Positions 26,412-34,428 of a stretch of DNA of 64,000 nt are shown piece after piece; position 1 is the stretch's first letter; every line of letters starts with the position of its first letter. The notes below the pieces were generated by a model. The model was not told the DNA's origin, searched no databases, and saw nothing but the letters and a program-made list of their open reading frames with translations. Both the position numbers and the translations under genes were made by a program. The DNA comes from an uncultured Lentisphaeraceae bacterium (GTDB taxonomy: Bacteria > Verrucomicrobiota > Kiritimatiellia > RFP12 > DVOR01). The stretch is taken from positions 4,379 to 68,378 of the forward strand of contig CASEMS010000016.1 of the NCBI GenBank assembly GCA_949288955.1, read 5' to 3'.

Positions 26412-27671
26412 ATGAACCAAGACACCATCGCCGTCATCGACCTGGGCAGCGCGCGCACCACCGAGATCGCCCGCGCCATCCGCAAAGTCGGCGTCTACAC
26501 CGAGCTCCACCCGCACGACCTCACGGCCGCGCAGCTCGCCGCCATCCCCAACCTCCGCGGCCTCGTGCTCGCCAGCGGCCCCCGCCGCGCCTACGAAGGC
26601 CAGGTCGTCGAGCCCTCCCCCGCCATCCTCGAGGCCGGCCTCCCCCTGCTGGCGGTGGACGACGCGGGCGACCCCGAGCCCGACCTCGCCGCCTTCGTCT
26701 TCAAGACCGGCGCCACCCGCAACTGGGACATGGACAACTTCATCGCCGACCAGGTCGAGGCCATCCGCGCCCAGGTGGGCGACAAGAAGGTGCTCCTGGC
26801 CCTCTCCGGCGGCGTGGACAGCTCCGTCGTCGCCGCCCTCCTCATCCGCGCCATCGGCAAGCAGCTCACCTGCGTCCACGTCAACCACGGCCTCCTCCGC
26901 AAAGGCGAGCCCGAGCAGGTCATCCGCGTCTTCCGCGAGGAGCTGGGCGCCAACCTCGTCTACGTCGACGCCACCGACCGCTTCCTCGGCAAGCTCGAAG
27001 GCGTGGCCGACCCCGAGCAGAAGCGCAAGATCATCGGCGCCGAGTTCATCCGCGTCTTCGAGGAGGAGGCCCGCAAGCTCGACGGCATCGCCTTCCTCGG
27101 CCAGGGCACCATCTACCCCGACATCATCGAGAGCGGCACCAAGACCGCCAAGGCCGTCAAGAGCCACCACAACGTCGGCGGCCTCCCCCCCGACCTCCGG
27201 TTCGAGCTCGTCGAGCCCCTCAAGATGCTCTTCAAGGACGAGGTCCGCGCCTGCGGCCTGGCCCTCGGCCTCCCCGAGGCCATGGTCAACCGCCAGCCCT
27301 TCCCTGGCCCAGGCCTCGGCGTCCGCTGCCTCGGCGCCATCACGCGCGATCGCCTCGAGGCCGTCCGCGCCTCCGACGCCATCCTCCGCGAGGAGTTCGC
27401 CGCCGCCGGCCTCGCCGCCCACGTCTGGCAATACTTCACCCTCATCCCCGACGTCCGCTCAGTCGGCGTCCGCGACGGCGTCCGCGCCTTCGAGTGGCCC
27501 TGCGTCATCCGCGCCGTCAACACCGTCGACGCCATGACCGCCACCGTCGAGCGCCTCCCCTGGCCCCTCATGGAACGCCTCGCCGACCGCATCACCCACG
27601 AGGTCCCCGGCATCAACCGCGTCCTCTTCGACCTCACCCCCAAACCCGTCGGCACCATCGAGTGGGAATGA
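26412..27671 (+). CDS. guaA: GMP synthase with complete ATP-pyrophosphatase and dimerisation domains but a truncated, Cys-less GATase remnant
   Basis: P-loop KKVLLALSGGVDSSV, KSHHNVGGLP, LVEPLKMLFKDEVR and C-terminal PVGTIEWE are canonical GuaA. Only about 125 residues precede the P-loop, and no GxCxG nucleophile elbow is present. Confidence 0.9.
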   Translation: MNQDTIAVIDLGSARTTEIARAIRKVGVYTELHPHDLTAAQLAAIPNLRGLVLASGPRRAYEGQVVEPSPAILEAGLPLLAVDDAGDPEPDLAAFVFKTGATRNWDMDNFIADQVEAIRAQVGDKKVLLALSGGVDSSVVAALLIRAIGKQLTCVHVNHGLLRKGEPEQVIRVFREELGANLVYVDATDRFLGKLEGVADPEQKRKIIGAEFIRVFEEEARKLDGIAFLGQGTIYPDIIESGTKTAKAVKSHHNVGGLPPDLRFELVEPLKMLFKDEVRACGLALGLPEAMVNRQPFPGPGLGVRCLGAITRDRLEAVRASDAILREEFAAAGLAAHVWQYFTLIPDVRSVGVRDGVRAFEWPCVIRAVNTVDAMTATVERLPWPLMERLADRITHEVPGINRVLFDLTPKPVGTIEWE

Positions 27672-27678
27672 GGTGCGG
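27647..27678 (+). repeat. 32-bp direct repeat, left copy (last 25 nt of guaA including the stop codon, plus 7 nt)
   Basis: cgtcggcaccatcgagtgggaatgaggtgcgg is identical to 29443..29474. Confidence 0.95.
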
Positions 27679-27692
27679 ATTCACGCAATCAG

Positions 27693-27720
27693 TCTCCCCG
27701 CCATATCCATGGCGGGGAGA
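27693..27720 (+). other. perfect 12-bp stem hairpin at the left edge of the islet
   Basis: tctccccgccat atcc atggcggggaga. No T-run follows, so it is not a canonical intrinsic terminator. Confidence 0.6.
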
Positions 27721-27779
27721 TGTGGAAGGTTGCCTCACAGACAGTTTAAATAATCAATGTGTTTGGCGTGAACGTGGCT

Positions 27780-28496
27780 ATGCTGTTTGACAATAGGCGG
27801 TTGGAGGAAGAAATATCCCATGCGTTGCGCGTGTTTTGGATGACACGACATCGGCAAGCGCGGCATTCGGAGGATAAGGGTAATCGGGCAGCAGTGACGG
27901 GCGGTCGACAATTGGATGGGTTTGTCACGTTGATTCGCGAGTTGCTTTGCGCGAATGGCGTTCCGAAAGAGGCAATCTTCACGGATGTAGCCTTGGAATT
28001 GCCCGGTTATTATCGACCGAACAAGAAGTGGGATCTCTTGGTGGTGCGTGAGAAACGCCTATTGGCCGCGCTTGAGTTCAAAAGCCAGGTTGGGCCTTCA
28101 TTCGGCAACAACTTCAATAATCGTGCGGAAGAAGCGTTAGGAAGTGCCACGGATTTGTGGACGGCCTATCGGGAAGGCGTGTTTGGGACGAACGTGGCGC
28201 CGTGGGTCGGATATTTTATGTTGGTGGAGGACTGTAAGGCAAGTACGACTCCCGTCGCGGTGCGCTCTGCCCATTTCCCTGTGTTGGAGGAATTTCGGGA
28301 TGTCTCGTATTTGAGACGTTATGAGATCTTTTGCAAGAAGTTGATGTTGGAGCGGCAATATTCCGCGACTTGCTTAATGACGACCTCGTTTCATGCGCCA
28401 TCCTCGATCCATTATGGGTTTCCGGATGAGGCGTTGTCCTTGCAAAAGTTCCTATTTTCGTTGCTTGCTGCGACATGCATCGAGGAACAACGATGA
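27780..28496 (+). CDS. type II restriction endonuclease (PD-(D/E)xK; XhoI/PaeR7I-like by recollection)
   Basis: Overlaps the methyltransferase start (ATGA at 28493..28496). The D...ExK motif is KKWDLLVVREKRLLAALEFKSQVGPSFGNNFNNRAEEA. About 240 aa, the size class of PaeR7I/XhoI enzymes. An alternative GTG start lies at 27759. Confidence 0.65.
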   Translation: MLFDNRRLEEEISHALRVFWMTRHRQARHSEDKGNRAAVTGGRQLDGFVTLIRELLCANGVPKEAIFTDVALELPGYYRPNKKWDLLVVREKRLLAALEFKSQVGPSFGNNFNNRAEEALGSATDLWTAYREGVFGTNVAPWVGYFMLVEDCKASTTPVAVRSAHFPVLEEFRDVSYLRRYEIFCKKLMLERQYSATCLMTTSFHAPSSIHYGFPDEALSLQKFLFSLLAATCIEEQR

Positions 28497-29314
28497 CGCA
28501 TCACACGCTTTATCATGGTGATGCGAGGTCGTTGTCGTTCATCGATGACGCGAGTATCCATTTGGTGCTTACCTCTCCGCCATATTGGAACCTCAAGGCT
28601 TATGAGCGCGGAGAGCGGCAGTTGGGAATAATCGATGATTACGCCACGTTCGTCGCCGAATTGGAAAAGGTGTGGCGAGAGTGTTATCGGGTGTTGGTCC
28701 CTGGTGGGCGTGTCGTTTGTGTGGTTGGGGATGTGTGCCTGTCGCGAAAAGAGTACGGTCGCCATGCGGTTATGCCCTTGCATGCTGACATCGCCGTGAG
28801 TTGCCGAAAACTAGGTTTCGATAATCTCAACCCAATCATTTGGCATAAGATCTCGAACGCACGTTTCGAGGCGAACACGCATAGTTCTTTCTTGGGGAAG
28901 CCTTACGAACCTAATGCCATCATCAAGAATGACATCGAATTCATTCTCATGGAACGCAAACCTGGTGGTTATCGGAAGCCTTCGGTGGAGCAACGCAAGG
29001 CTAGCATGATTGGGAAAGAAGAGTTTCAGGCGTGGTTTTCCCAGTTCTGGGAACTGCCAGGTGCTTCGACAAAAAACGGCCATCCGGCTCCTTTCCCCTT
29101 GGAGTTGGCTAGCCGTTTGGTGCAAATGTTTTCTTTTTCCGGCGACACGGTGTTAGACCCGTTTTGCGGGAGTGGTACGACAATGCTGGCAGCCATGCAG
29201 AATAATCGCAATAGCATCGGGGTCGAGGCCGAACAATTGTATTGCGATGGTATCTTGAGTCGTTTGCGTGAGCCATTTTTAGGGAGTGAGGTAACGTTCA
29301 TCGATGCGCTATAG
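28493..29314 (+). CDS. beta-class N4-cytosine/N6-adenine DNA methyltransferase
   Basis: Motif IV TSPPYW near the N-terminus and motif I VLDPFCGSGTT near the C-terminus give the beta-class order. Shine-Dalgarno GAGGAA upstream. Confidence 0.9.
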   Translation: MTHHTLYHGDARSLSFIDDASIHLVLTSPPYWNLKAYERGERQLGIIDDYATFVAELEKVWRECYRVLVPGGRVVCVVGDVCLSRKEYGRHAVMPLHADIAVSCRKLGFDNLNPIIWHKISNARFEANTHSSFLGKPYEPNAIIKNDIEFILMERKPGGYRKPSVEQRKASMIGKEEFQAWFSQFWELPGASTKNGHPAPFPLELASRLVQMFSFSGDTVLDPFCGSGTTMLAAMQNNRNSIGVEAEQLYCDGILSRLREPFLGSEVTFIDAL

Positions 29315-29442
29315 AGTGGCCCTAAACACGCTATTGCTTGCGTTTGATTTCTTCTTTGAGGGTGTGGGGAGGAGAAGCGTGGCCTCAATCTCTTGCACAT
29401 AATCTGCAAGACCGCTTCTCCGCCCTACGAATATCACGTGCG

Positions 29443-29474
29443 CGTCGGCACCATCGAGTGGGAATGAGGTGCGG
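29443..29474 (+). repeat. 32-bp direct repeat, right copy (duplicated guaA 3' end)
   Basis: Identical to 27647..27678. Confidence 0.95.
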
Positions 29475-29507
29475 GGCTTCGCACGCCGTCGCCTGCGGGA
29501 GAGGGGG

Positions 29508-30131
29508 TCAGGGGCGGAGGCGGCGGAGGATGGGCCAGAGGACCCAGAGGCCGATGGCGGCGACGGCGAGGGCGGCGGCGCGTCCGGCCCAGACGGCGGC
29601 GGCGGGGTTGGCGCGGAGGAAGGCGGCGAGGCCGCCGCCGGCGAGGGCGAAGGCCGCCATCACGAGGGCCGCGCAGAGGGCGAAGAGGGCGCCAAGGCCC
29701 AGCAACCCCAGGGCGCGGCGGCGGCAACCCTCGGGGAGGAATTGGGGGAGGAAGGCGACGAAGAAGAGGATGACCTTGGGGTTGGAGAGGTTGAGGAGCA
29801 CGCCGCGCAGCCAGAAGCCGAGGGGGCCGAGCGCCTCGGCCCGCGCCGTCCCGAGGCCCGCGCCCCACATCCCCCACGCCATATAGAACAGGTAGCAGGC
29901 GCCGAGGGCGGAGATGGCGTCCGCGGCGCGGGGCCAGCGTTTGAGAAGGGCGGCGACGCCGAGCGCGGCGAGGGTGATGTGGAGGCAGAGGCCGCTGACC
30001 AGCCCGGCGGTGACGCAGAGCCCGGCCCACGCGCCGAAGGCGGCGGATTGCGCGAGCACGAAGCAGTTGTCCGGCCCGGGGGCGAGGGCCACGAGGAGGC
30101 AGGCGCCGAGGTAGGCGGCGAGGCGCCTCAT
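29508..30131 (-). CDS. LysE/RhtB family amino-acid exporter
   Basis: MRRLAAYLGACLLVALAPGPDNCFVLAQSAAFG...LRGVLLNLSNPKVILFFVAFLPQF is a typical LysE-family pattern. ATGA overlap with the maf stop. Confidence 0.85.
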   Translation of the reverse strand: MRRLAAYLGACLLVALAPGPDNCFVLAQSAAFGAWAGLCVTAGLVSGLCLHITLAALGVAALLKRWPRAADAISALGACYLFYMAWGMWGAGLGTARAEALGPLGFWLRGVLLNLSNPKVILFFVAFLPQFLPEGCRRRALGLLGLGALFALCAALVMAAFALAGGGLAAFLRANPAAAVWAGRAAALAVAAIGLWVLWPILRRLRP

Positions 30132-30718
30132 GGCGTGGCGTCCCGGCGGAGGAGGCCGTGGGCGGCGAGCCAGTCGCGCACGAGTCCGCGGGGGAGGCCC
30201 ATGGCGTTGGTGTGGCTGCCGACGCGGCCGGCGATGAGCATCTCGCCGTGCGCGTTCACGTCGTAGGCGCCGGCACGGTCGAGGGGGCGGACGCGCCGGA
30301 GGTAGGCCTCGGCCACGTCGGGGCCGTAGTCCCTGAACAGCAGCCCGGTGGCCTCGATGCGCAGGGAGGGCTCCTCGGCGCCGGGCAGGAGCAGGGCCAC
30401 GCCGGTGAAGACGGTCTGCGCGCGCCCGGCGTAGGAGAGGAGCCAGGCGCGCGCCTCCTCCTCGTCGCGCGGCTTGCCCAGCACGCGCCCTTGGAAGCAG
30501 ACCACGGTGTCGGCGGCGATGATGGCGGCGTGGGGGCGGAGGGCCTGCGCGGCGAGGGCTTTGTGGCGGGCGTTCACGCCCACCGTCGCCACGGGCTCCT
30601 CCGGGCGGGCGATCTCGATGCTCCGCGGCACGACGACCTCGAAGGCCACCCCCAACGCTTGGAGGATGGCCCGCCGCCTCGGGCTGCCCGAGGCCAAGAC
30701 GATCGGCGTGCCCCGCAT
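30128..30718 (-). CDS. maf: Maf-like nucleoside triphosphate pyrophosphatase
   Basis: MRGTPIVLASGSPRRRAILQALGVAFEVV...AADTVV...GKP...AGAY match Maf motifs. Confidence 0.88.
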   Translation of the reverse strand: MRGTPIVLASGSPRRRAILQALGVAFEVVVPRSIEIARPEEPVATVGVNARHKALAAQALRPHAAIIAADTVVCFQGRVLGKPRDEEEARAWLLSYAGRAQTVFTGVALLLPGAEEPSLRIEATGLLFRDYGPDVAEAYLRRVRPLDRAGAYDVNAHGEMLIAGRVGSHTNAMGLPRGLVRDWLAAHGLLRRDATP

Positions 30719-30770
30719 GGCGCGTATTGTAGCAAAGCCCCACCGATGAAAGGCGGGGTTGTCGATAACT

Positions 30771-30836
30771 TTGGATCGGCGGCTGACCCGAGGTGGATCG
30801 GCGGCTGACCCGAGGTGGATCGGCCGCCGATCCTCG
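30771..30836. repeat. repeat locus R5: three 22-bp units
   Basis: tggatcggcggctgacccgagg occurs twice identically (30771 and 30793). It is followed by tggatcggccgccgatcctcgg (30815). Confidence 0.9.
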
Positions 30837-30864
30837 GAAGGGCGGGGCGGCGCGCCATCGGGGC

Positions 30865-30895
30865 TTGACCTGGAGCGCACACCATGTGCTATCGT
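30865..30895 (+). promoter_or_regulatory. predicted promoter for the DUF362 gene
   Basis: TTGACC (30865..30870) and TGcTATCGT (30887..30895). The spacer is 16 or 19 nt depending on the -10 register. Confidence 0.35.
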
Positions 30896-30922
30896 GGACT
30901 TCGCAATGAAAGGAGTGTGTTT

Positions 30923-31894
30923 ATGAACCGAAGGGCATTTCTGACGGCCTCGCTCGGCGCGTTGGCGGCGGGCGCGGCGCCTCTCTCCCCCGCGCGGGCG
31001 GAGGGCAAGCCGAAGGCTTGGGCCGGCGCCGAGGGGCCGGCGGTCTATTTCACCAAGGACATCTCCCCCGCGGGGCTGCGAAAGGCCTTCGACGCGCTGA
31101 AGGCCAACCTGCCGGGCAAGGTGGGGGTGAAGGTCTCGACGGGCGAGCCGGGCGGCCACAACTTCCTGAACCCGCAGTTGGTCAAGGGCTTGGTGCAGGG
31201 GCTGCGGGCGAACATCGTGGAGTGCAACACGGCCTACGGCGGTCGGCGCGGCACGCTTCACGACCACATCCGCGCGGCGGTGGAGCACGGCTGGTGCGAC
31301 ATCGCCACCGTGGACATCCTGGACGGCGTGGCGACGATGGACCTGCCCGCGCCGGAGGGGGCCAAGCGGCTGCGCAAGGACATCGTGGGCGCGAACTTCC
31401 GCGACTACGCGTCCTTCCTCGTCCTCTCCCACTTCAAGGGGCACGCGATGGGCGGCTTCGGCGGGGCGCTGAAGAATCTCTCCATCGGCTTCGCCTCCCG
31501 CGCGGGCAAGTGCCTCATCCACACCGGCGGTAAGACGGAGAAGACGTGGATGGGCGGCGAGCAGCTCGCCTTCCTGGAGGCGATGGCCGAGGCCGCCACC
31601 GCCGTCTGCCGCGCCCGCCCGGGGGCGATGGCCTTCGTCAACGTCATGAACCGCCTCTCGGTGGATTGCGACTGCGACAGCAGCCCCTCCGAGCCGACGA
31701 TGCGGGATATCGGCATCCTCGCCTCCCTCGACCCCGTGGCCCTCGACCAAGCCTGCGTGGATCTCGTCTACGCCGCGCCCGACGGCGCCGACCTCATCGC
31801 GCGGATGGAGAGCCGCCAAGGCATCCACACCGTGGAGCACGCCGCGGCGCTCGGCCTCGGCTCCCGCGCCTACCGGCTGGTCGAACTGGGCTGA
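30923..31894 (+). CDS. DUF362 domain protein with Tat-type signal
   Basis: MNRRAFLTASLGALAAGAAP is a twin-arginine-like signal. FKGHAMGGFGGALKNLSIGF and the Cys-rich VDCDCDSSP fit DUF362. Shine-Dalgarno AAAGGAG upstream. Confidence 0.7.
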   Translation: MNRRAFLTASLGALAAGAAPLSPARAEGKPKAWAGAEGPAVYFTKDISPAGLRKAFDALKANLPGKVGVKVSTGEPGGHNFLNPQLVKGLVQGLRANIVECNTAYGGRRGTLHDHIRAAVEHGWCDIATVDILDGVATMDLPAPEGAKRLRKDIVGANFRDYASFLVLSHFKGHAMGGFGGALKNLSIGFASRAGKCLIHTGGKTEKTWMGGEQLAFLEAMAEAATAVCRARPGAMAFVNVMNRLSVDCDCDSSPSEPTMRDIGILASLDPVALDQACVDLVYAAPDGADLIARMESRQGIHTVEHAAALGLGSRAYRLVELG

Positions 31895-33501
31895 GGGGGG
31901 AGGAAGCGGGCGCGGTCGGGGTCGAGCGGGTCGCCAAGGCGGGCGCGCCTCTCGGCGGCGCGGAGCCAGAGTCCGCCCAGCAGGATGGCGAGCTGGAGCA
32001 GGACGGTGGGGGCGAGGCCAAGGCGGGGAAGCTCGACCACGGCGAAGGGCAGGCGGAGCGCCAGGTCGGAGCAGAGCGCGATGGCGTGGAGGACGAAGGC
32101 GCTGACGCGGTTGAGGAAGACCGAGAGGAGCGGCAGCGCAAAGCCCGCCAACGCGCTGACGCACGCACCCCAGACGATGACGACGCTGGCGGCGGGGATG
32201 AGCAGGTTGAGGAAGAGCCCCACGAGGGAGAGCCGCCCGAAATAGTGGAGGCAGAGGGGCAGGGAGGCCAGCCACGCGGCCAGGCTGAGCGCCAGCCCAA
32301 GGGCCAGCCCGCGCCGGAGGCGTCGGCCAAAGGGAATCGGCGGTGGGGGGCCGGGGGAGGGGGCGGCGCGCGGCAGGGCGCGGAAGGCGCGGCTGAGGAA
32401 GTAGCCCAGCGGCGGCATCCAGAGGAAGATGCCGCCCATGACGGCGAAGGAGAGCAACGCGCCGGCGTTGGCCACCCAGGCCGGCTCCCAGAGGACGACC
32501 GCCGCGGCGGTGGCGAAGAGGGCGCAGGGGGCGTCGGTGCGGCGCAGGAAGCAGGGCGCCACGCACCAGACGCACGCCATGACGCAGGCGCGCACGGCGG
32601 GGGGCGGCGCACCGACAAGGAAGAGGTAGAAGAGCAGCGCGGGGATGAGCAGCAGCGCGCGAACCCGCAGACGCACGCCCGCCCAGGCCAGAAACCAGAT
32701 GAGCAGCCCGGTAACGATGCCCACGTGGAGGCCGGAGATGGAGAGAACGTGGATGATGCCGGCGTCGGCGTAGCGGTCGAGCTCCTCGCGGGGCAGGCGG
32801 AGGTTCGCGCCCAAGGTCATGGTCTGGGCGATGAGCGCCTCGGAAGGGGCGACGCCGAGGGCGAGGTTGAGGCCCAGGCGGTCGCGCAGGCGGGAGAGTC
32901 GGTAGGCGAGCGCGTCGGTGCGGTCGCGCCCCGGGTCGCGGCGGGCCTGCGCGCCGCGGACGGAGAGGGGGGCGCTGGCGCGCCAGTCCACGCGATGGAA
33001 CTTGGCCGGGGCCTCCCACGCCTGGCCCACCTGCGGGAAGTCCCGGAGCCGGCCGTACCAACAGACGTCGATGCGCTTGCCGACGAGCGGCGTGCCGTCG
33101 GCCAGGCGCGGGTCGTCCGCGGTGAAGCGGCAGTAGGGGCCGCCGCGGCGGCGCCAGATGACGCGGCGGTCGTCGGAGACGACGAAGGTGAGGGGGAAGG
33201 TCTCCCCGGCCTCGCGGAGGGCCGTGATGCGCGCGTCGGCGAGGGCGTGGGCGTCATGGGTCATCGCGCCGCGCCAGGCGGCGAGGCAGAGGCAGGCCAG
33301 GCAGAGGGCGAGCGAGGCGGCACGGGGGCGGAGCCAGGCGACGGCGAGCGCCGCGCCGCCCAGCGCCAGCCACCAACCGCCGCCCCCCAACGCGAAGCCC
33401 AGCCCCACGCCAAGGACCACCGCGCCGCACCAACCGAAGAGAGGGCGGTGCCGACGGAGCCCCACGTCGGGGTCGGCGAAGGCTTGGGCGAGGGTGGGCA
33501 T
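31870..33501 (-). CDS. comEC: ComEC/Rec2-family competence membrane protein (no C-terminal metallo-beta-lactamase domain)
   Basis: DAGIIHVLSISGLHVGIVTGLLIWFL... and APPPAVRACVMA... are typical of the ComEC competence domain. Multi-TM, 543 aa. Confidence 0.8.
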   Translation of the reverse strand: MPTLAQAFADPDVGLRRHRPLFGWCGAVVLGVGLGFALGGGGWWLALGGAALAVAWLRPRAASLALCLACLCLAAWRGAMTHDAHALADARITALREAGETFPLTFVVSDDRRVIWRRRGGPYCRFTADDPRLADGTPLVGKRIDVCWYGRLRDFPQVGQAWEAPAKFHRVDWRASAPLSVRGAQARRDPGRDRTDALAYRLSRLRDRLGLNLALGVAPSEALIAQTMTLGANLRLPREELDRYADAGIIHVLSISGLHVGIVTGLLIWFLAWAGVRLRVRALLLIPALLFYLFLVGAPPPAVRACVMACVWCVAPCFLRRTDAPCALFATAAAVVLWEPAWVANAGALLSFAVMGGIFLWMPPLGYFLSRAFRALPRAAPSPGPPPPIPFGRRLRRGLALGLALSLAAWLASLPLCLHYFGRLSLVGLFLNLLIPAASVVIVWGACVSALAGFALPLLSVFLNRVSAFVLHAIALCSDLALRLPFAVVELPRLGLAPTVLLQLAILLGGLWLRAAERRARLGDPLDPDRARFLPPQPSSTSR

Positions 33502-33512
33502 GGCATGGGCGC

Positions 33513-34394
33513 TCAGAGCAGGGCGCGGGCGGCGTAGGGGTCGTCCTGCGCGTGGCGGCGGAGGGCGTCGAGGATGGTGGCCTCGGGGACGCCGAAGTAA
33601 CGGGCGAATTGCGCGGGGCGGAGGGGGTGGCGGCGGGCGAGGGCGAGGAGGGCGGCCTCGGAGTAGGGTTCGGGCGCGGGGGCGTGGGCGGCGGTCTGGG
33701 CGTGGGCGACGGTGGCGAAGAGTCGGCGGAGGTGGGCCATCTCGGCGGGCGGCACGTCGCGCACGGCGGAATCGGCGGGCGGGCGCTCGGCGGAGTTGAC
33801 GGTGACGGTGGCGGGGCGGAGGCTCTCGGCCAGGGCGAGGACGCGGTTGAGCGCCTCGGGCGCGTCGTTCACCCCGGGGAGCGCGAAGAACTCGACGTCG
33901 AGCGCGCCGGCGTAGTCTTTGCGGAAGGCGCGCCAGCCTTCGAGGACGCGGGCGAAGGTGAGATCGGGGTGGGGGCGGACGGTGGCGCGGAAGCTGGCCT
34001 CGTCCCAGAAGTGGAGGGAGATCTTGACGCGGTCGGCGAGGGCGGCGTCGGCGCGGACGGCGGGGTCCCAGAGGAGCGCACCGTTGCTCATGAGCAGGGA
34101 GGGGCGGCCGAGGGCGCGGATGTGGCGGAGCACATCGCCGAAATGCGCGTGGAGCGTGGGCTCGCCGGAGCCGCAGAGGGTGAGGACGTCGACGGGTTCG
34201 CCCTTCGCCAGCCAGGCGTCGAGCTCGCGCAGGACGTCGGGGAGGGGGGCGTAGTCGCGCCGTTCGAGGGTGGTGCGGGGGGTGGGGCCGAGCTGGCAGA
34301 AGACGCAGTCGTAGCAGCAGGTCTTCATGGGCACGAGGTCGATGCCCAGGCTGCGCCCATAGCGGCGCGAGGGGACGGGGCCGAAGAGGTACAT
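33513..34394 (-). CDS. radical SAM protein
   Basis: N-terminus MYLFGPVPSRRYGRSLGIDLVPMKTCCYDCVFCQ carries the CxxxCxxC cluster motif. Confidence 0.8.
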   Translation of the reverse strand: MYLFGPVPSRRYGRSLGIDLVPMKTCCYDCVFCQLGPTPRTTLERRDYAPLPDVLRELDAWLAKGEPVDVLTLCGSGEPTLHAHFGDVLRHIRALGRPSLLMSNGALLWDPAVRADAALADRVKISLHFWDEASFRATVRPHPDLTFARVLEGWRAFRKDYAGALDVEFFALPGVNDAPEALNRVLALAESLRPATVTVNSAERPPADSAVRDVPPAEMAHLRRLFATVAHAQTAAHAPAPEPYSEAALLALARRHPLRPAQFARYFGVPEATILDALRRHAQDDPYAARALL

Positions 34395-34428
34395 TTGGGG
34401 GCCTTCGGGGGGTTGGGGGGCGGAGGGG

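Larger units (their letters stand above)
27679..29442 (+). mobile_element. about 1.8-kb low-GC restriction-modification islet inserted at the guaA 3' end
   Basis: Bounded by perfect 32-bp direct repeats. G+C is visibly lower (about half) than the flanks. It carries only an overlapping R-M gene pair, with no integrase or transposase. Confidence 0.75.

Noticed and set aside
27679-29442. Integrase, transposase or toxin genes within the R-M islet
   Set aside because: Only two credible ORFs (R and M) fit in the 1.76 kb. The remaining track ORFs are short antisense fragments without motifs.
29434-30266. Arg/Pro-rich ORFs overlapping the LysE gene (29434..30030 minus, 29469..30266 plus)
   Set aside because: These are out-of-frame or antisense shadows of the LysE-family gene, whose hydrophobic 6-TM pattern is clear.
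33158-33799. 213-aa Arg/Gly-rich plus-strand ORF
   Set aside because: It is antisense to the comEC and radical SAM genes and is extremely low in complexity.
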